Part shown: positions 10,255-20,399 of the stretch, piece after piece | How the letters are laid out: each line of letters begins with the position of its first letter | Numbering within the stretch: the stretch's first letter is position 1 | Origin: Oxobacter pfennigii | GTDB lineage: Bacteria > Bacillota > Clostridia > Clostridiales > Oxobacteraceae | Assembly: GCF_001317355.1 (NCBI RefSeq) | Contig: NZ_LKET01000039.1 | Coordinates: 350,574 to 414,573 of the forward strand | Direction: 5' to 3' | DNA length: 64,000 nucleotides | Translations under genes and position numbers: made by a program | The notes under the pieces: model-generated | Database searches by the model: none | Told to the model about the DNA's origin: nothing | Seen by the model: only the letters and a program-made list of their open reading frames with translations

Positions 10255-10842
10255 ATGCTCGTTATGATAGATAATTATGATTCCTTTACCTATAACCTCT
10301 ATCAGTATATTGGAGAGATATACAGCAATATAAAAGTCATAAGAAATGATAAAACAACCGTTGATGAAATATGGGATTTAAAGCCAAAGGGAATTGTTCT
10401 GTCTCCCGGGCCCGGAAGGCCGGAAGATGCAGGCATATGCGCAGGTGTAATAAAAGAACTTGGAAAGGAAATTCCCATACTGGGAATTTGCTTGGGACAT
10501 CAGGCCATAGGCCATGCATACGGCGGCAAGGTAGTGGGTGCAGAGGTTATAATGCACGGAAAGACTTCGATTATAAGTCACGATAGTGATGGACTGTTCA
10601 AAGGAATTTCGCAGCCGCTAAATGTCATGAGATACCACTCACTGGTTGTTGATAAAGAGGATTTCCCCGATGAGCTCAACGTAACAGCTCAAACGAAGGA
10701 CGGAGTCATAATGGGAGTGAGGCATAAGAAATACCATGTGTACGGACTGCAGTTCCATCCCGAGTCCATAATGACGGAGCAGGGAAAGGATATATTGAAG
10801 AATTTTGTGGAGGTGATAAACAATGCTTCAGCAAGCAATTAA
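10255..10842 (+). CDS. trpG: anthranilate synthase component II (glutamine amidotransferase)
   Basis: Class-I GATase motifs (GICLGHQ with catalytic Cys, HPES). Start is coupled to the trpE stop. Confidence 0.9.
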   Translation: MLVMIDNYDSFTYNLYQYIGEIYSNIKVIRNDKTTVDEIWDLKPKGIVLSPGPGRPEDAGICAGVIKELGKEIPILGICLGHQAIGHAYGGKVVGAEVIMHGKTSIISHDSDGLFKGISQPLNVMRYHSLVVDKEDFPDELNVTAQTKDGVIMGVRHKKYHVYGLQFHPESIMTEQGKDILKNFVEVINNASASN

Positions 10843-11842
10843 AAAAATCGTTATGAATGAAAATCTTACGGAAGTTGAAGCACAGGCTGCCATGGAACAA
10901 ATAATGGGAGGCAATACCACAACATCTCAGATGGGAGGCTTTTTAATAGGCCTCCGGATGAAAGGGGAAACCATCGAAGAAATAACCGGCTTTGCCAAAG
11001 CAATGCGTTGCTGTGCAAAGCGTGTGAATTTAAAATCAAATTATGCCATAGATACCTGTGGCACAGGAGGAGATAATAGCGGCACCTTCAACATTTCAAC
11101 GGCCGTAGCCATAATTGCGGCTGCTGCGGGAATTAAGGTGGCAAAGCACGGAAACAGGGCGGCTTCCAGCCTTTGCGGCAGCGCCGATGTTTTGTCAGAA
11201 CTGGGCTTTAATATAGAATTGGAGCCGGAAGAAGCCGGAAGAAGCGTGGATGAATCAGGTATGGGTTTTTTATTCGCCCCCAGATTCCATACAGCCATGA
11301 AAAACGTGGCTCCCGTCAGAAAAGAGCTGGGCACAAGGACCATATTCAATGTATTAGGTCCCCTTACAAACCCCGCCTATGTCAAAGGCCAGGTAATGGG
11401 CGTATATGATAAGAGCCTTACAAGAAAGATGGCAGAGGTGCTGATGCGTTTAGGAGTGGAGCGGGCTATGGTTGTCCATGGAGATGACGGGTTGGACGAG
11501 ATAACATCAACAGCATCAACTACTGTAAGCGAAGTGAGGAACGGAGAGGTAATTGATTACAAATTGGATCCGGCGGAATTCGGAATAAAAAGGGCATCGG
11601 GTAAAGACATAAAAGGGGGTACTGCTAAGGATAATGCCCGTATAATATTTGATGTTCTGGAAGGTAAAGTTGGGCCTAAAAGGGATATTACGGTATTAAA
11701 CAGTGCTGCCGCCCTATATGTAGGAGGTGCGGTATCAGGCATGAACGAAGGACAGAAGATGGCTGAAAACATCATCGATTCGGGGGCTGCCCTGTCAAAG
11801 CTCGAAGAATTGCTGGAATACAACAGGAGGGTGAGCCTGTGA
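10823..11842 (+). CDS. trpD: anthranilate phosphoribosyltransferase
   Basis: TrpD signature ([18 protein letters not shown]...KHGNRA). Overlaps the trpG end by 20 nt. Confidence 0.9.
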   Translation: MLQQAIKKIVMNENLTEVEAQAAMEQIMGGNTTTSQMGGFLIGLRMKGETIEEITGFAKAMRCCAKRVNLKSNYAIDTCGTGGDNSGTFNISTAVAIIAAAAGIKVAKHGNRAASSLCGSADVLSELGFNIELEPEEAGRSVDESGMGFLFAPRFHTAMKNVAPVRKELGTRTIFNVLGPLTNPAYVKGQVMGVYDKSLTRKMAEVLMRLGVERAMVVHGDDGLDEITSTASTTVSEVRNGEVIDYKLDPAEFGIKRASGKDIKGGTAKDNARIIFDVLEGKVGPKRDITVLNSAAALYVGGAVSGMNEGQKMAENIIDSGAALSKLEELLEYNRRVSL

Positions 11843-12627
11843 TTTTAGACGATATAGTGGCTAAAAAAAGAGTGAGAGTGGAGGAGAGAAAAAGGGAAAT
11901 CACATTAAACAAGCTCATAAAGCAATGTGAGAGGGCTAATGGGAACTATTTTAAAAGCGCATTACAAAAGCAAGGCATATCAATAATTGCCGAAATAAAA
12001 AAAGCTTCCCCTTCAAAAGGGGTAATCTTAAAAGACTTTGATCCCTTAAAAATTGCGGGAATTTACGGGGAGATAAATATAGATGCCATATCGGTACTAA
12101 CAGAAGAGGATTTTTTTCAAGGCAGGGATGAGTATTTGACCCTGGCAAAGGATAAGTCAAAAAAGCCGGTACTAAGAAAGGATTTTATAATTGATGAATA
12201 TCAGATTTTTGAATCCCGTACCTTAGGTGCGGATGCCATTTTATTAATTGTATCAATCCTTCAAAAGAAAACAAAAAATTTCTATAAGGCGGCATCTGCT
12301 CTAGGTCTTGATTGCCTGGTGGAGGTTCACGACCAAGATGAGCTCGATATAGCGCTGAAGGCCGGATGCGAAATTATCGGCATTAACAACAGGGATTTAA
12401 AAATCTTCAGCGTTGATTTAAAGACAACGGAAAAGCTTTTAAAGTACATTCCAAAGGGCAAGGTCATAGTATCCGAAAGCGGAATAAACAAGCCTTCGGA
12501 AATTCAACACTTACGAAGTTTGGGAGTGGATGCTGTTCTTATAGGTGAGACCTTTATGAGAAGTATCGATGATTTGAATTCCATGAAAATATTTATAAAC
12601 CAGGCAAAGGATGACTCTGATGGTTAA
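11839..12627 (+). CDS. trpC: indole-3-glycerol phosphate synthase
   Basis: IGPS motifs ([24 protein letters not shown]). GTG start overlaps the trpD stop. Confidence 0.9.
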   Translation: MILDDIVAKKRVRVEERKREITLNKLIKQCERANGNYFKSALQKQGISIIAEIKKASPSKGVILKDFDPLKIAGIYGEINIDAISVLTEEDFFQGRDEYLTLAKDKSKKPVLRKDFIIDEYQIFESRTLGADAILLIVSILQKKTKNFYKAASALGLDCLVEVHDQDELDIALKAGCEIIGINNRDLKIFSVDLKTTEKLLKYIPKGKVIVSESGINKPSEIQHLRSLGVDAVLIGETFMRSIDDLNSMKIFINQAKDDSDG

Positions 12628-13219
12628 GGTTAAGATATGCGGCTTGAAAAGAAGTGAGGATATAAAATATGTAAATGCTTTAAAACCTGATTATGCAGGC
12701 TTTGTATTTGCAAAAAGCAAAAGGCAGGTAACGTTAAGTGAGGCAGGAGAATTAATAGCTAATCTTAATAAGGGAATTAAAAAAGTCGGGGTCTTTGTAG
12801 ATGAGGATATAGAAAAGGTTAAGGATGCATCTTTTGCCTTAAAGCTTGATATCATACAGCTTCATGGAAATGAGCCCAATGAGTACATCAAAAAACTCAA
12901 CGGATATGAGGTATGGAAGGCAGTCAGCATAAAATCACATGAAGGCATTAAAAGGCTTAAGCAATACAATGCTGATGCCATCTTGCTGGACCAAGGAGGG
13001 GGCGGTACAGGAATTAGCTTTGATTGGGATATTATTAAAGGTATTTCAGTAAATACTCCCATAATACTTGCCGGAGGCTTAAATTCTCAGAATGTTGAGG
13101 ATGCCATAAAGACTGTAAAACCCTATGCTGTCGATGTTTCAAGCGGAGTAGAAACAGATGGCTTCAAGGACTGTTCAAAGATATATGATTTTATTAAGAA
13201 AGCGAGGAGTTTATATTGA
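12620..13219 (+). CDS. trpF: phosphoribosylanthranilate isomerase
   Basis: Starts MVKVKICGL, with C-terminal PILAGGL. ATG 12620 is preferred over the 12611 ORF start. Confidence 0.85.
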   Translation: MVKVKICGLKRSEDIKYVNALKPDYAGFVFAKSKRQVTLSEAGELIANLNKGIKKVGVFVDEDIEKVKDASFALKLDIIQLHGNEPNEYIKKLNGYEVWKAVSIKSHEGIKRLKQYNADAILLDQGGGGTGISFDWDIIKGISVNTPIILAGGLNSQNVEDAIKTVKPYAVDVSSGVETDGFKDCSKIYDFIKKARSLY

Positions 13220-14391
13220 GCGGAAGATTCGGTAAATTCGGCGGTCAATACGTGCCTGAAACAGTAATGAATGCATTGATTGAATTGGAAGAAGAGTTTA
13301 ATAAAGCGGTAAATGATCCAAATTTCATGGAGGAATACAGGTATTATTTAAGAGAATACTGCGGCAGGCCCACATCATTGTATTATGCCGAAAACCTCAC
13401 AAAAAAGCTTAATGGAGCAAAAATTTATTTAAAGAGGGAGGATTTAAACCATACGGGAGCTCACAAAATCAACAACGTAATGGGGCAGATTCTTTTAGCC
13501 AAAAGGATGGGCAAAAAAAGAGTAGTTGCAGAAACGGGAGCCGGTCAGCACGGCGTGGCAACGGCTACGGGGGCGGCTATGTTCGGCATGGAATGTGAGG
13601 TTTTTATGGGCGAAGAGGATATAAGAAGGCAGTCACTAAATGTTTTTAAGATGAAAATTTTAGGTGCAAAGGTTACAGCTGTAACATCGGGCACAGCTAC
13701 ATTAAAGGATGCCGTAAACGAAGCGTTGCGCCACTGGGTGGCCAATATAGGGGATACATTCTATGTAATGGGCTCCGTTGTTGGCCCCCATCCTTATCCT
13801 ATAATGGTAAGGGATTTTCAAAGGGTCATAGGCGATGAAGCAAAGGAGCAGGTATTAAAAAAGGAAGGAAGACTTCCTGATTGTGTAATTGCCTGCGTAG
13901 GAGGCGGAAGCAATTCCATGGGAATATTCTATCCCTTTATAAATGATGAAACAGTTGAGCTCATAGGAGTTGAGGCGGCGGGCTTGGGGGTTGACACAGA
14001 CATGCATGCGGCTTCCATGGCAAAGGGATCTGTCGGCGTGATCCACGGCATGATGACCTATGTGCTGCAGGATGATGAAGGCCAGGTAATGCCGGTGTAT
14101 TCCATATCCGCAGGTTTAGATTATCCGGGTGTAGGTCCGGAGCACTCATACTTAAAGGATACCGGCAGGGCGAAATATGTTCCGGCGACAGATGCTGAAG
14201 CGCTTGATGCCTTTAAAGAGCTGTGCGGAACCGAAGGGATAATACCCGCCCTCGAGAGCTCCCATGCCATTGCTTATGCCATAAAGCTGGCACCGGGGCT
14301 TGACAAGGATAAAATCATAATCGTTAATCTTTCAGGCAGGGGAGATAAGGATATTAACACAATTGCGGATATTATGGGGGTGGGAATATGA
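13216..14391 (+). CDS. trpB: tryptophan synthase beta chain
   Basis: PLP motifs ([17 protein letters not shown]). TTG start follows GAGGAG. Confidence 0.9.
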   Translation: MSGRFGKFGGQYVPETVMNALIELEEEFNKAVNDPNFMEEYRYYLREYCGRPTSLYYAENLTKKLNGAKIYLKREDLNHTGAHKINNVMGQILLAKRMGKKRVVAETGAGQHGVATATGAAMFGMECEVFMGEEDIRRQSLNVFKMKILGAKVTAVTSGTATLKDAVNEALRHWVANIGDTFYVMGSVVGPHPYPIMVRDFQRVIGDEAKEQVLKKEGRLPDCVIACVGGGSNSMGIFYPFINDETVELIGVEAAGLGVDTDMHAASMAKGSVGVIHGMMTYVLQDDEGQVMPVYSISAGLDYPGVGPEHSYLKDTGRAKYVPATDAEALDAFKELCGTEGIIPALESSHAIAYAIKLAPGLDKDKIIIVNLSGRGDKDINTIADIMGVGI

Positions 14392-15176
14392 ACAGAATAG
14401 ACCTTGCATTTAAAAAACTTGAAGCTCAAGGCAAAAAAGCACTTATACCTTATATTACAGCCGGTGACCGAGGCATTGAAACCACCGTGAAACTGGTGTA
14501 TGAAATGGAAGAGGCCGGCGCGGATATAGTTGAGCTTGGAATACCCTATTCCGACCCCTTGGCCGACGGGCCTGTAATACAGGCATCATCAGCAAGGGCT
14601 TTAAGCAAAGGCATAAAAATACCCCATATAAATGACGCAGTTAAGACCATAAGGCAAAAAAGCGGCATTCCGATTGTTTATTTGGTCTATTACAATTCTG
14701 TATTTAAATACGGAACTCAAAAATTTATACAGGATGCAGCTGATGCCGGTATAGACGGCCTTATAATTCCCGACTTGCCTCTTGAGGAAAGAGGCGAAAC
14801 TGCTGAAGTTTTAGACAGCTTTGGCATTCATTTAATTCCCCTTGTGGCGCCCACTTCTAAAGAGCGCATTAAAAAAATTACAGAAAATGCCAGGGGCTTT
14901 GTATACTGCGTATCTGTGGCAGGCGTCACCGGAGTGCGGCAGGACATTGAAACCGATATTAAAGAATACATGGAGGAAATATCAAAGCACACCTCCCTTC
15001 CCAAAGCCTTGGGCTTTGGTATATCGGGACCTTCCATGGCACAAAAGTTCAAATCCTACTGCGATGGCATAATTGTCGGCAGCGCCTATGTAAGCCGTGT
15101 CGGCCAGGCTCTGTCACCGGGAGACGCCGTAGCTTCAGTAAAGGAATTCACCGAGGAGCTCAGGAAGGTACTCTAG
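14388..15176 (+). CDS. trpA: tryptophan synthase alpha chain
   Basis: TrpA motifs ([19 protein letters not shown]). Start is coupled to the trpB stop. Confidence 0.9.
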   Translation: MNRIDLAFKKLEAQGKKALIPYITAGDRGIETTVKLVYEMEEAGADIVELGIPYSDPLADGPVIQASSARALSKGIKIPHINDAVKTIRQKSGIPIVYLVYYNSVFKYGTQKFIQDAADAGIDGLIIPDLPLEERGETAEVLDSFGIHLIPLVAPTSKERIKKITENARGFVYCVSVAGVTGVRQDIETDIKEYMEEISKHTSLPKALGFGISGPSMAQKFKSYCDGIIVGSAYVSRVGQALSPGDAVASVKEFTEELRKVL

Positions 15177-15255
15177 CTTTTAAAACCCTTGGATTTGGTG
15201 TAAACTATGGATAGTACCAAAAGTAAAAGGAGGCATTTCATAACGATATTGTTGG

Positions 15256-15359
15256 CCTGTTGGTAAGTCGGGAGGACATTGCGTAAAGACCGTGTAATTA
15301 TCAGTTACAAAATATACAAGCACTAGGTCTTGAAATGGTTCGAGAGGCTTACCAATCAG
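15256..15359 (+). repeat. Family A short copy: stem CCTGTTGGTAAGTC ... GGCTTACCAATCAG enclosing the ACATTGCGTAAAGACCGTG core
   Basis: Copy-specific flanking inverted repeat around the conserved core. The 3-prime GCACTAGGTCTTGAA resembles the ACTAGGA ends of other copies. Confidence 0.5.
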
Positions 15360-15363
15360 ACAA

Positions 15364-16131
15364 ATGAATGAAATGCCACCTGATAGTAGGGGTGATAGAG
15401 TGGCTGAAACACAAAGGCTGGACAAATTGCTGGGCAATTTGGGTTACGGTACAAGGAAGGAAGTAAAAAAACTTATAAAGGATAAGGCCATAGAGGTAGA
15501 CGGAAAAAGGGTAGATGATCCGGGTATGCATGTGGATCCCGCTAAACAAGGAATTGAAGTTTTCGGAGAGAAAGTTAATTACAGAAAATACATCTATATA
15601 ATAATGAACAAACCCCAGGGAGTCATTTCGGCTACGGAAGATACAAGGGAAGAAACGGTTATTGACATATTGCCGGAGGAATATCTGCCTTTTAGTCCGG
15701 CACCCGTGGGAAGGCTGGATAAAGACACGGTGGGTTTGCTGCTTCTGACCAACGACGGACAGCTTGCCCACATGCTGCTGTCTCCTAAAAAACATGTCCC
15801 AAAGGTTTATTACGCAAGAATTGCCGGGAAAGTCACCCAAAATGATGTTGAGGCTTTTAAAGAGGGAGTAATTTTAGATGACGGTTACAAAACCCTTCCG
15901 GCTAAGCTTGAAATAATAGAGAGTGATGTAAATTCCATAATTGAAGTTGAAATATATGAAGGAAAATACCATCAGGTAAAGAGGATGTTCGAAGCCGTAG
16001 GCAAAAAAGTAACCTTCCTCATGCGAAAGTCCATGGGCCCCCTTAAATTGTCTGAAGACCTTAAACCAGGCCAATCCAGAGAGTTAACAAACGAAGAACT
16101 TAATGCTCTTCTCGAAAAGGATAATATATAA
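15364..16131 (+). CDS. RsuA/RluB-family rRNA pseudouridine synthase
   Basis: S4 domain (RLDKLLGNLGYGTRKEVKKLIKD) and catalytic GRLDKDTVGLLLLTNDG. The start may be GTG 15400 rather than 15364. Confidence 0.75.
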   Translation: MNEMPPDSRGDRVAETQRLDKLLGNLGYGTRKEVKKLIKDKAIEVDGKRVDDPGMHVDPAKQGIEVFGEKVNYRKYIYIIMNKPQGVISATEDTREETVIDILPEEYLPFSPAPVGRLDKDTVGLLLLTNDGQLAHMLLSPKKHVPKVYYARIAGKVTQNDVEAFKEGVILDDGYKTLPAKLEIIESDVNSIIEVEIYEGKYHQVKRMFEAVGKKVTFLMRKSMGPLKLSEDLKPGQSRELTNEELNALLEKDNI

Positions 16132-16333
16132 CATTATCCTTTTTTTCAATCCGATCAGATAATTTAACAGTCACTTTCTGTGAATTTTCTCTTTCGGCCA
16201 GTCTTTTCAGAAATTCCGCCCATACTTCTTCAAAAGGCGGTACTTCTATTTTACCATATATTTCTTGTAAAGCTTCTTTAATTAACTTGTCTAAATAATA
16301 ATCCCAATAATCAATAATCATCGTCATCATACC
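16100..16333 (-). CDS. small hypothetical protein
   Basis: 78-aa ORF with GAGATGGGG upstream. No recognisable domain. It overlaps the 3-prime end of the pseudouridine synthase gene. Confidence 0.35.
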   Translation of the reverse strand, partial: GMMTMIIDYWDYYLDKLIKEALQEIYGKIEVPPFEEVWAEFLKRLAERENSQKVTVKLSDRIEKKDNVIYYPFREEH

Positions 16334-16630
16334 CCATCTCAATTAATATACTTGCCATTTGTAAATTTTTACTCTATTATATAAGACTGTGAAAATGCGT
16401 CTGCGTTTTAAAAAAATCAAAAAAATATTTAAAAAAATTTCGACAAAAATATCTGCGTCATGAGATTGGCCCGTGACATTACTGAATATATGTATTTATT
16501 TGGTGAATAATGATATCATTAGTTATGTATGTAATGCTATTCAGCTATTGGCTTAAGATATATTTTATCTTTAATTATATAGTGTAAGCATTTTGGTTAG
16601 CTATTTTGCATTGGATAATGAAATGTAAGT

Positions 16631-16756
16631 GTGATAGTTGATAGGCATAAGAACATTGCGTAAAGATCGTGTACTTGTCAGTTGAAATAGGTGTATGCAT
16701 ATGCAAAAGTTACAGGTACTAGGTCTTGAAGCAGTCCAATGCCTTAGAACTATCAC
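16631..16756 (+). repeat. Family A short copy: stem GTGATAGTTGATAGGCAT ... ATGCCTTAGAACTATCAC enclosing the AACATTGCGTAAAGATCGTG core
   Basis: Same core as 15256-15359, with a different but again complementary flanking stem. Confidence 0.5.
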
Positions 16757-16786
16757 AGGTTAAATGACACAAACTATGGAGGAGAC

Positions 16787-17674
16787 ATGTTTGGATATAT
16801 ATTTCCCGATAAGCCGGAATTGAAAGTGAAGGAGTTCGAACTTTTCAGGGCATACTACTGCGGATTATGCAAGGCCTTAGGAGAAAACTGCGGCTTGACG
16901 GCAAGATTTGTGCTGAATTACGACAGCGCTTTTTTAGGTATGCTGCTTTCATCCTTTAATGAGGCTTCTGAAAACATAGCCTTTGAAAAATGCATAGCAA
17001 ATCCCATAAAGAAAAAGCCGGTAATAAAAGAAAGCAGCATTTTAAAATATGCTTCAGACATAAATATAATATTGGCGTATTATAAGCTGAAGGATGATTA
17101 TGAGGATGACAGATCTCCAAAAGCTCTTGCGATGATGGGAGTGTTAAAATCCGCATTTAACAAGAGTATAAAAAGAAACATGAAAAAGGGGAGCGTAATA
17201 AAGAATAAATTAGAGGAGCTTTCAAAAATAGAAAAGGCCGGCTGCAAATCCATCGATGAGGCGGCAGAGCCCTTTGCCAAGCTGACGGAAGAAATATTTG
17301 CATATAAGCCTGTATGCGATACGGAAAATAAAGAGCAGTTATTAAGATGGTTTGGGTATAATATAGGTAAATGGATATACATCATTGATGCTTATGATGA
17401 CTTGGAAAAGGATATAGCCGCTAAAAGTTTTAATCCAATACTTGGCCAGTTCTGTTATAATAATGAGAAAGCAGAAGATTTTAAAAACAGGATAAAAGAT
17501 AATGTTAATTTTACACTCACATATACATTAAGTGAAGCAGGCAAGGCCTACGAGCTTCTGGAACTCAAGAAGAATGCATCCATAATTGAAAATATAGTAT
17601 TCGGAGGCATGTATAACAAGACACTTCAAATCATTAACAAAAGGAGCTGTAAGAATAATGAAAAACCCTTATGA
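16787..17674 (+). CDS. hypothetical protein (DUF5685-like, conserved Cys pair [14 protein letters not shown])
   Basis: 295-aa ORF with an RBS, followed by a coupled J-domain gene. The family assignment is from memory. Confidence 0.55.
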   Translation: MFGYIFPDKPELKVKEFELFRAYYCGLCKALGENCGLTARFVLNYDSAFLGMLLSSFNEASENIAFEKCIANPIKKKPVIKESSILKYASDINIILAYYKLKDDYEDDRSPKALAMMGVLKSAFNKSIKRNMKKGSVIKNKLEELSKIEKAGCKSIDEAAEPFAKLTEEIFAYKPVCDTENKEQLLRWFGYNIGKWIYIIDAYDDLEKDIAAKSFNPILGQFCYNNEKAEDFKNRIKDNVNFTLTYTLSEAGKAYELLELKKNASIIENIVFGGMYNKTLQIINKRSCKNNEKPL

Positions 17675-18287
17675 GGTCCTGGGGATAAATCAGGGAGCAT
17701 CAGAGGATGAAATAAAGAGAGCATATAGAGAGCTTGTTAAGAAATATCATCCCGATCAATACAGGGACAACCCCTTGTCCAAGCTGGCTGAAGAAAAACT
17801 TAAAGAAATAAATGAAGCCTATGATTACCTTATAAAAAATAAAGGGACTTTCCATGAAAGCCATGATAATAATAGTACTAACGGCGGATACAGCAATACT
17901 AACAGCACTAACGGCGAATTTGCAAGAATAAGGATTCTCATAAATTCAGGAAATATAGTTGAAGCGGAAAAATTACTGGATGCTTCATCGCTTAAAAATG
18001 CCGAATGGCATTATCTTAAAGGGGTCATAAATGTAAAGAAAGGATGGTACAGTGAAGGCTATACCTACCTTCAGACGGCAGTCAGCATGGACCCCAACAA
18101 TTTTGAATACCGGGCGGCATTGAATAATTTAAACCGTTCCACCCGCACCTACACATCAAGGCCTTACAGCGGGACTCAAAGGGGCGGTTATAACGACGGG
18201 CCGGATATGTGCACTATTTGCCAGTGGCTTTACTGTGCTGATTGCTGCTGCGAGTGCATGGGCGGAGACTTCATAAACTGTTGCTAA
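17658..18287 (+). CDS. J-domain (DnaJ-like) protein with a Cys-rich C-terminal tail
   Basis: J domain ([30 protein letters not shown]) with a TPR-like middle. The C-terminus is [25 protein letters not shown]. Confidence 0.7.
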   Translation: MKNPYEVLGINQGASEDEIKRAYRELVKKYHPDQYRDNPLSKLAEEKLKEINEAYDYLIKNKGTFHESHDNNSTNGGYSNTNSTNGEFARIRILINSGNIVEAEKLLDASSLKNAEWHYLKGVINVKKGWYSEGYTYLQTAVSMDPNNFEYRAALNNLNRSTRTYTSRPYSGTQRGGYNDGPDMCTICQWLYCADCCCECMGGDFINCC

Positions 18288-18299
18288 GGAGTTGATTTT

Positions 18300-18806
18300 A
18301 TGGTATCGGGAACCAAGAAAATTGCTTTAGGTGGAATGCTTTGCGTGTTGTGTATATTTTCCCTGTACCTTGCCGTACATTTACCCACCAACAGAATATT
18401 TTTTTATGGGTTAAGTTCGGTTTTTGCTTCAATAATAATGATAGAAGGCGGAACTAAATGGGCTTTCATCTTTTATGGCGCTACCTCCATTTTAGGCATG
18501 CTTTTAATTCCAAACAAACTGGGTGTAGTTCCCTATGGTTTGTTTTTCGGATTATATGGCATCGTGAAATATTATATCGAAGGAATAGCAAATATCATAT
18601 TGCAGCTTCTTTTAAAGGGCGGATTTTTTATCTTAGGTATGGGCGGCACGGCAATACTGTTGCAAGAGCTATTTATGACTGAAGTCACTTCCAGGCTATC
18701 AATATGGGCTCTGACTGTTATCGGCCTCGCCATATTTTATTTATATGACTATGTATACACCAGGTTTGTACACTATTATGAAACTGTGTTGAGAAAGAAA
18801 TTATAA
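18300..18806 (+). CDS. polytopic membrane protein, hypothetical
   Basis: 4-5 predicted TM helices, 11 nt downstream of the J-domain gene. Confidence 0.5.
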   Translation: MVSGTKKIALGGMLCVLCIFSLYLAVHLPTNRIFFYGLSSVFASIIMIEGGTKWAFIFYGATSILGMLLIPNKLGVVPYGLFFGLYGIVKYYIEGIANIILQLLLKGGFFILGMGGTAILLQELFMTEVTSRLSIWALTVIGLAIFYLYDYVYTRFVHYYETVLRKKL

Positions 18807-18894
18807 CTATAAAATTAAGTATTTAACTGGATGATACAGAGACAGGTCAGGAGAAGGTTTTTACATTTCAATTGATATGCATTTTGATATACAA

Positions 18895-19082
18895 GATTGA
18901 TATGATGACTAAACATTGCGAAAGGACTGTAGAAGCTGTTAATGAAGCAAGGATAGCTGCTCCGTTGTTTGGGCGTAAGTGAGTTATGGCGATAAGTTGG
19001 AGACATTCCTCAACAAAGAAGGAGTGCCCCCATTCCTTGAACAGCCGAATCTACAGATTCTAAGTACTGTAGACGTGAATGG
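18895..19082 (+). repeat. Dispersed element family A, long copy
   Basis: GATTGATATGATGACTAAACATTGCGAAAGGACTGTAGAAGCTGTTAATGAAGC ... GAGACATTCCTCAACAAAGAAGGAGTGCCCCC ... CTAAGTACTGTAG. Confidence 0.55.
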
Positions 19083-19118
19083 AGTTATATCAAACCTGCA
19101 AATAAAAGGGGTGATTAT

Positions 19119-19598
19119 ATGAAAGGTATGATGAGAAGAAAAGACAGGGAAATGCAAAGGGATGAGGCGTTGGAGTTTTTGAGGGAATGCCATGTCGGTA
19201 GGCTGGGCACGGCATCACCTGAGGGAGTTCCTTATGTGACGCCGGTGAACTATGTATTCTTTGACGAAGACATATATTTTCACTGTGCGCTTTCCGGGCA
19301 TAAGCTTGAAAATATAAAAGAAAATGAAAATGTTTGTTTTGAAGTTGACGAACTTATAAGTATAGTTGAGGATGAAAACCCATGTGAGATAAGCACTAAA
19401 TATAAAAGTGTGGTGGCCTTCGGAAAGGCAAGCATTGTGGAAGATGATGAAGTACGCCTTGAAGCCTTGAAGAAACTCGTCGATAAGTATGTATCTGAAA
19501 ATAATGTCAGCTCTAAGCTTACTATTGACAAAATGACTAAAACCCGTGTTGTAAAAATTAAACCTGAAATAATTACCGGAAAAGCATCGATAAAGTAG
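19119..19598 (+). CDS. pyridoxamine 5-prime-phosphate oxidase-family FMN-binding protein
   Basis: PNPOx split-barrel pattern (HVGRLGTASPEGVPYVTPVNYVFFDEDIYFH). Confidence 0.7.
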   Translation: MKGMMRRKDREMQRDEALEFLRECHVGRLGTASPEGVPYVTPVNYVFFDEDIYFHCALSGHKLENIKENENVCFEVDELISIVEDENPCEISTKYKSVVAFGKASIVEDDEVRLEALKKLVDKYVSENNVSSKLTIDKMTKTRVVKIKPEIITGKASIK

Positions 19599-19666
19599 AA
19601 AATTTTGATATAATTATAACAAGGGATTAATATCAAAATTACTTTATTGTGCAAGGAGTGGTTTAT

Positions 19667-20218
19667 TTGGAAAAAGTAAACAATGTAAAAAAACTGACCA
19701 GAGCCAGTATGCTGTTGTTGTTTGCACTTATAATTACTTTTACCGGGGCAAGATTCGGAGGAGCTACATTCAATTCCTTTTTTGTGGGACCGCTTATCAA
19801 TGCTGTTATACTGACAGCTGTACTGGTTACCGACATTAAGTTTGGGGTACTCGTTGCGGCTGCGACTCCCGTTTTGGCTGCTTTGACAGGACAGCTGGCC
19901 GCACCTATGGTACCATTTGCTCCTTTTGTAATGGCGGCAAATATTATATGTGCTGTCGCCTTTGGCATCTGCATAAAAATAAATGAAGCTTACGGAAAAT
20001 ATATAGGAATTGCAGCAGGCGCCATTCTCAAGACTGCCTTTTTGATGATAGCCGTAAAATATCTTATAAGCGCTTTTTCACTAAATATGCCTCAGCCGGT
20101 AATGACAAAGCTTATATCCGTTATGTCCTATCCACAATTTTTTACTGCAGTGGCAGGGGGTATCATAGCCCTGATTTTTTCACCTTTATTAAATAAAGCC
20201 AATAAGTCTGTGTTATAA
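19667..20218 (+). CDS. small polytopic membrane protein (ECF-transporter S-component-like)
   Basis: Hydrophobic 180-aa protein. AAGGAG RBS lies 8 nt before TTG 19667. Confidence 0.5.
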   Translation: MEKVNNVKKLTRASMLLLFALIITFTGARFGGATFNSFFVGPLINAVILTAVLVTDIKFGVLVAAATPVLAALTGQLAAPMVPFAPFVMAANIICAVAFGICIKINEAYGKYIGIAAGAILKTAFLMIAVKYLISAFSLNMPQPVMTKLISVMSYPQFFTAVAGGIIALIFSPLLNKANKSVL

Positions 20219-20399
20219 TACATTGTGCCGGATTAATGTGGTATAATGATTTGAAATGGCGCAGCCATTTGAAATCATTGCGATATGAATTTTACGCAGT
20301 AAAATTCATGACATGATGATTCCTAATAGCGATACCGTTAGGAATCATTTTAATTTAAGCAGGTATTATATAGAGAAATAAGGAAGAGAGGGATTTGTC

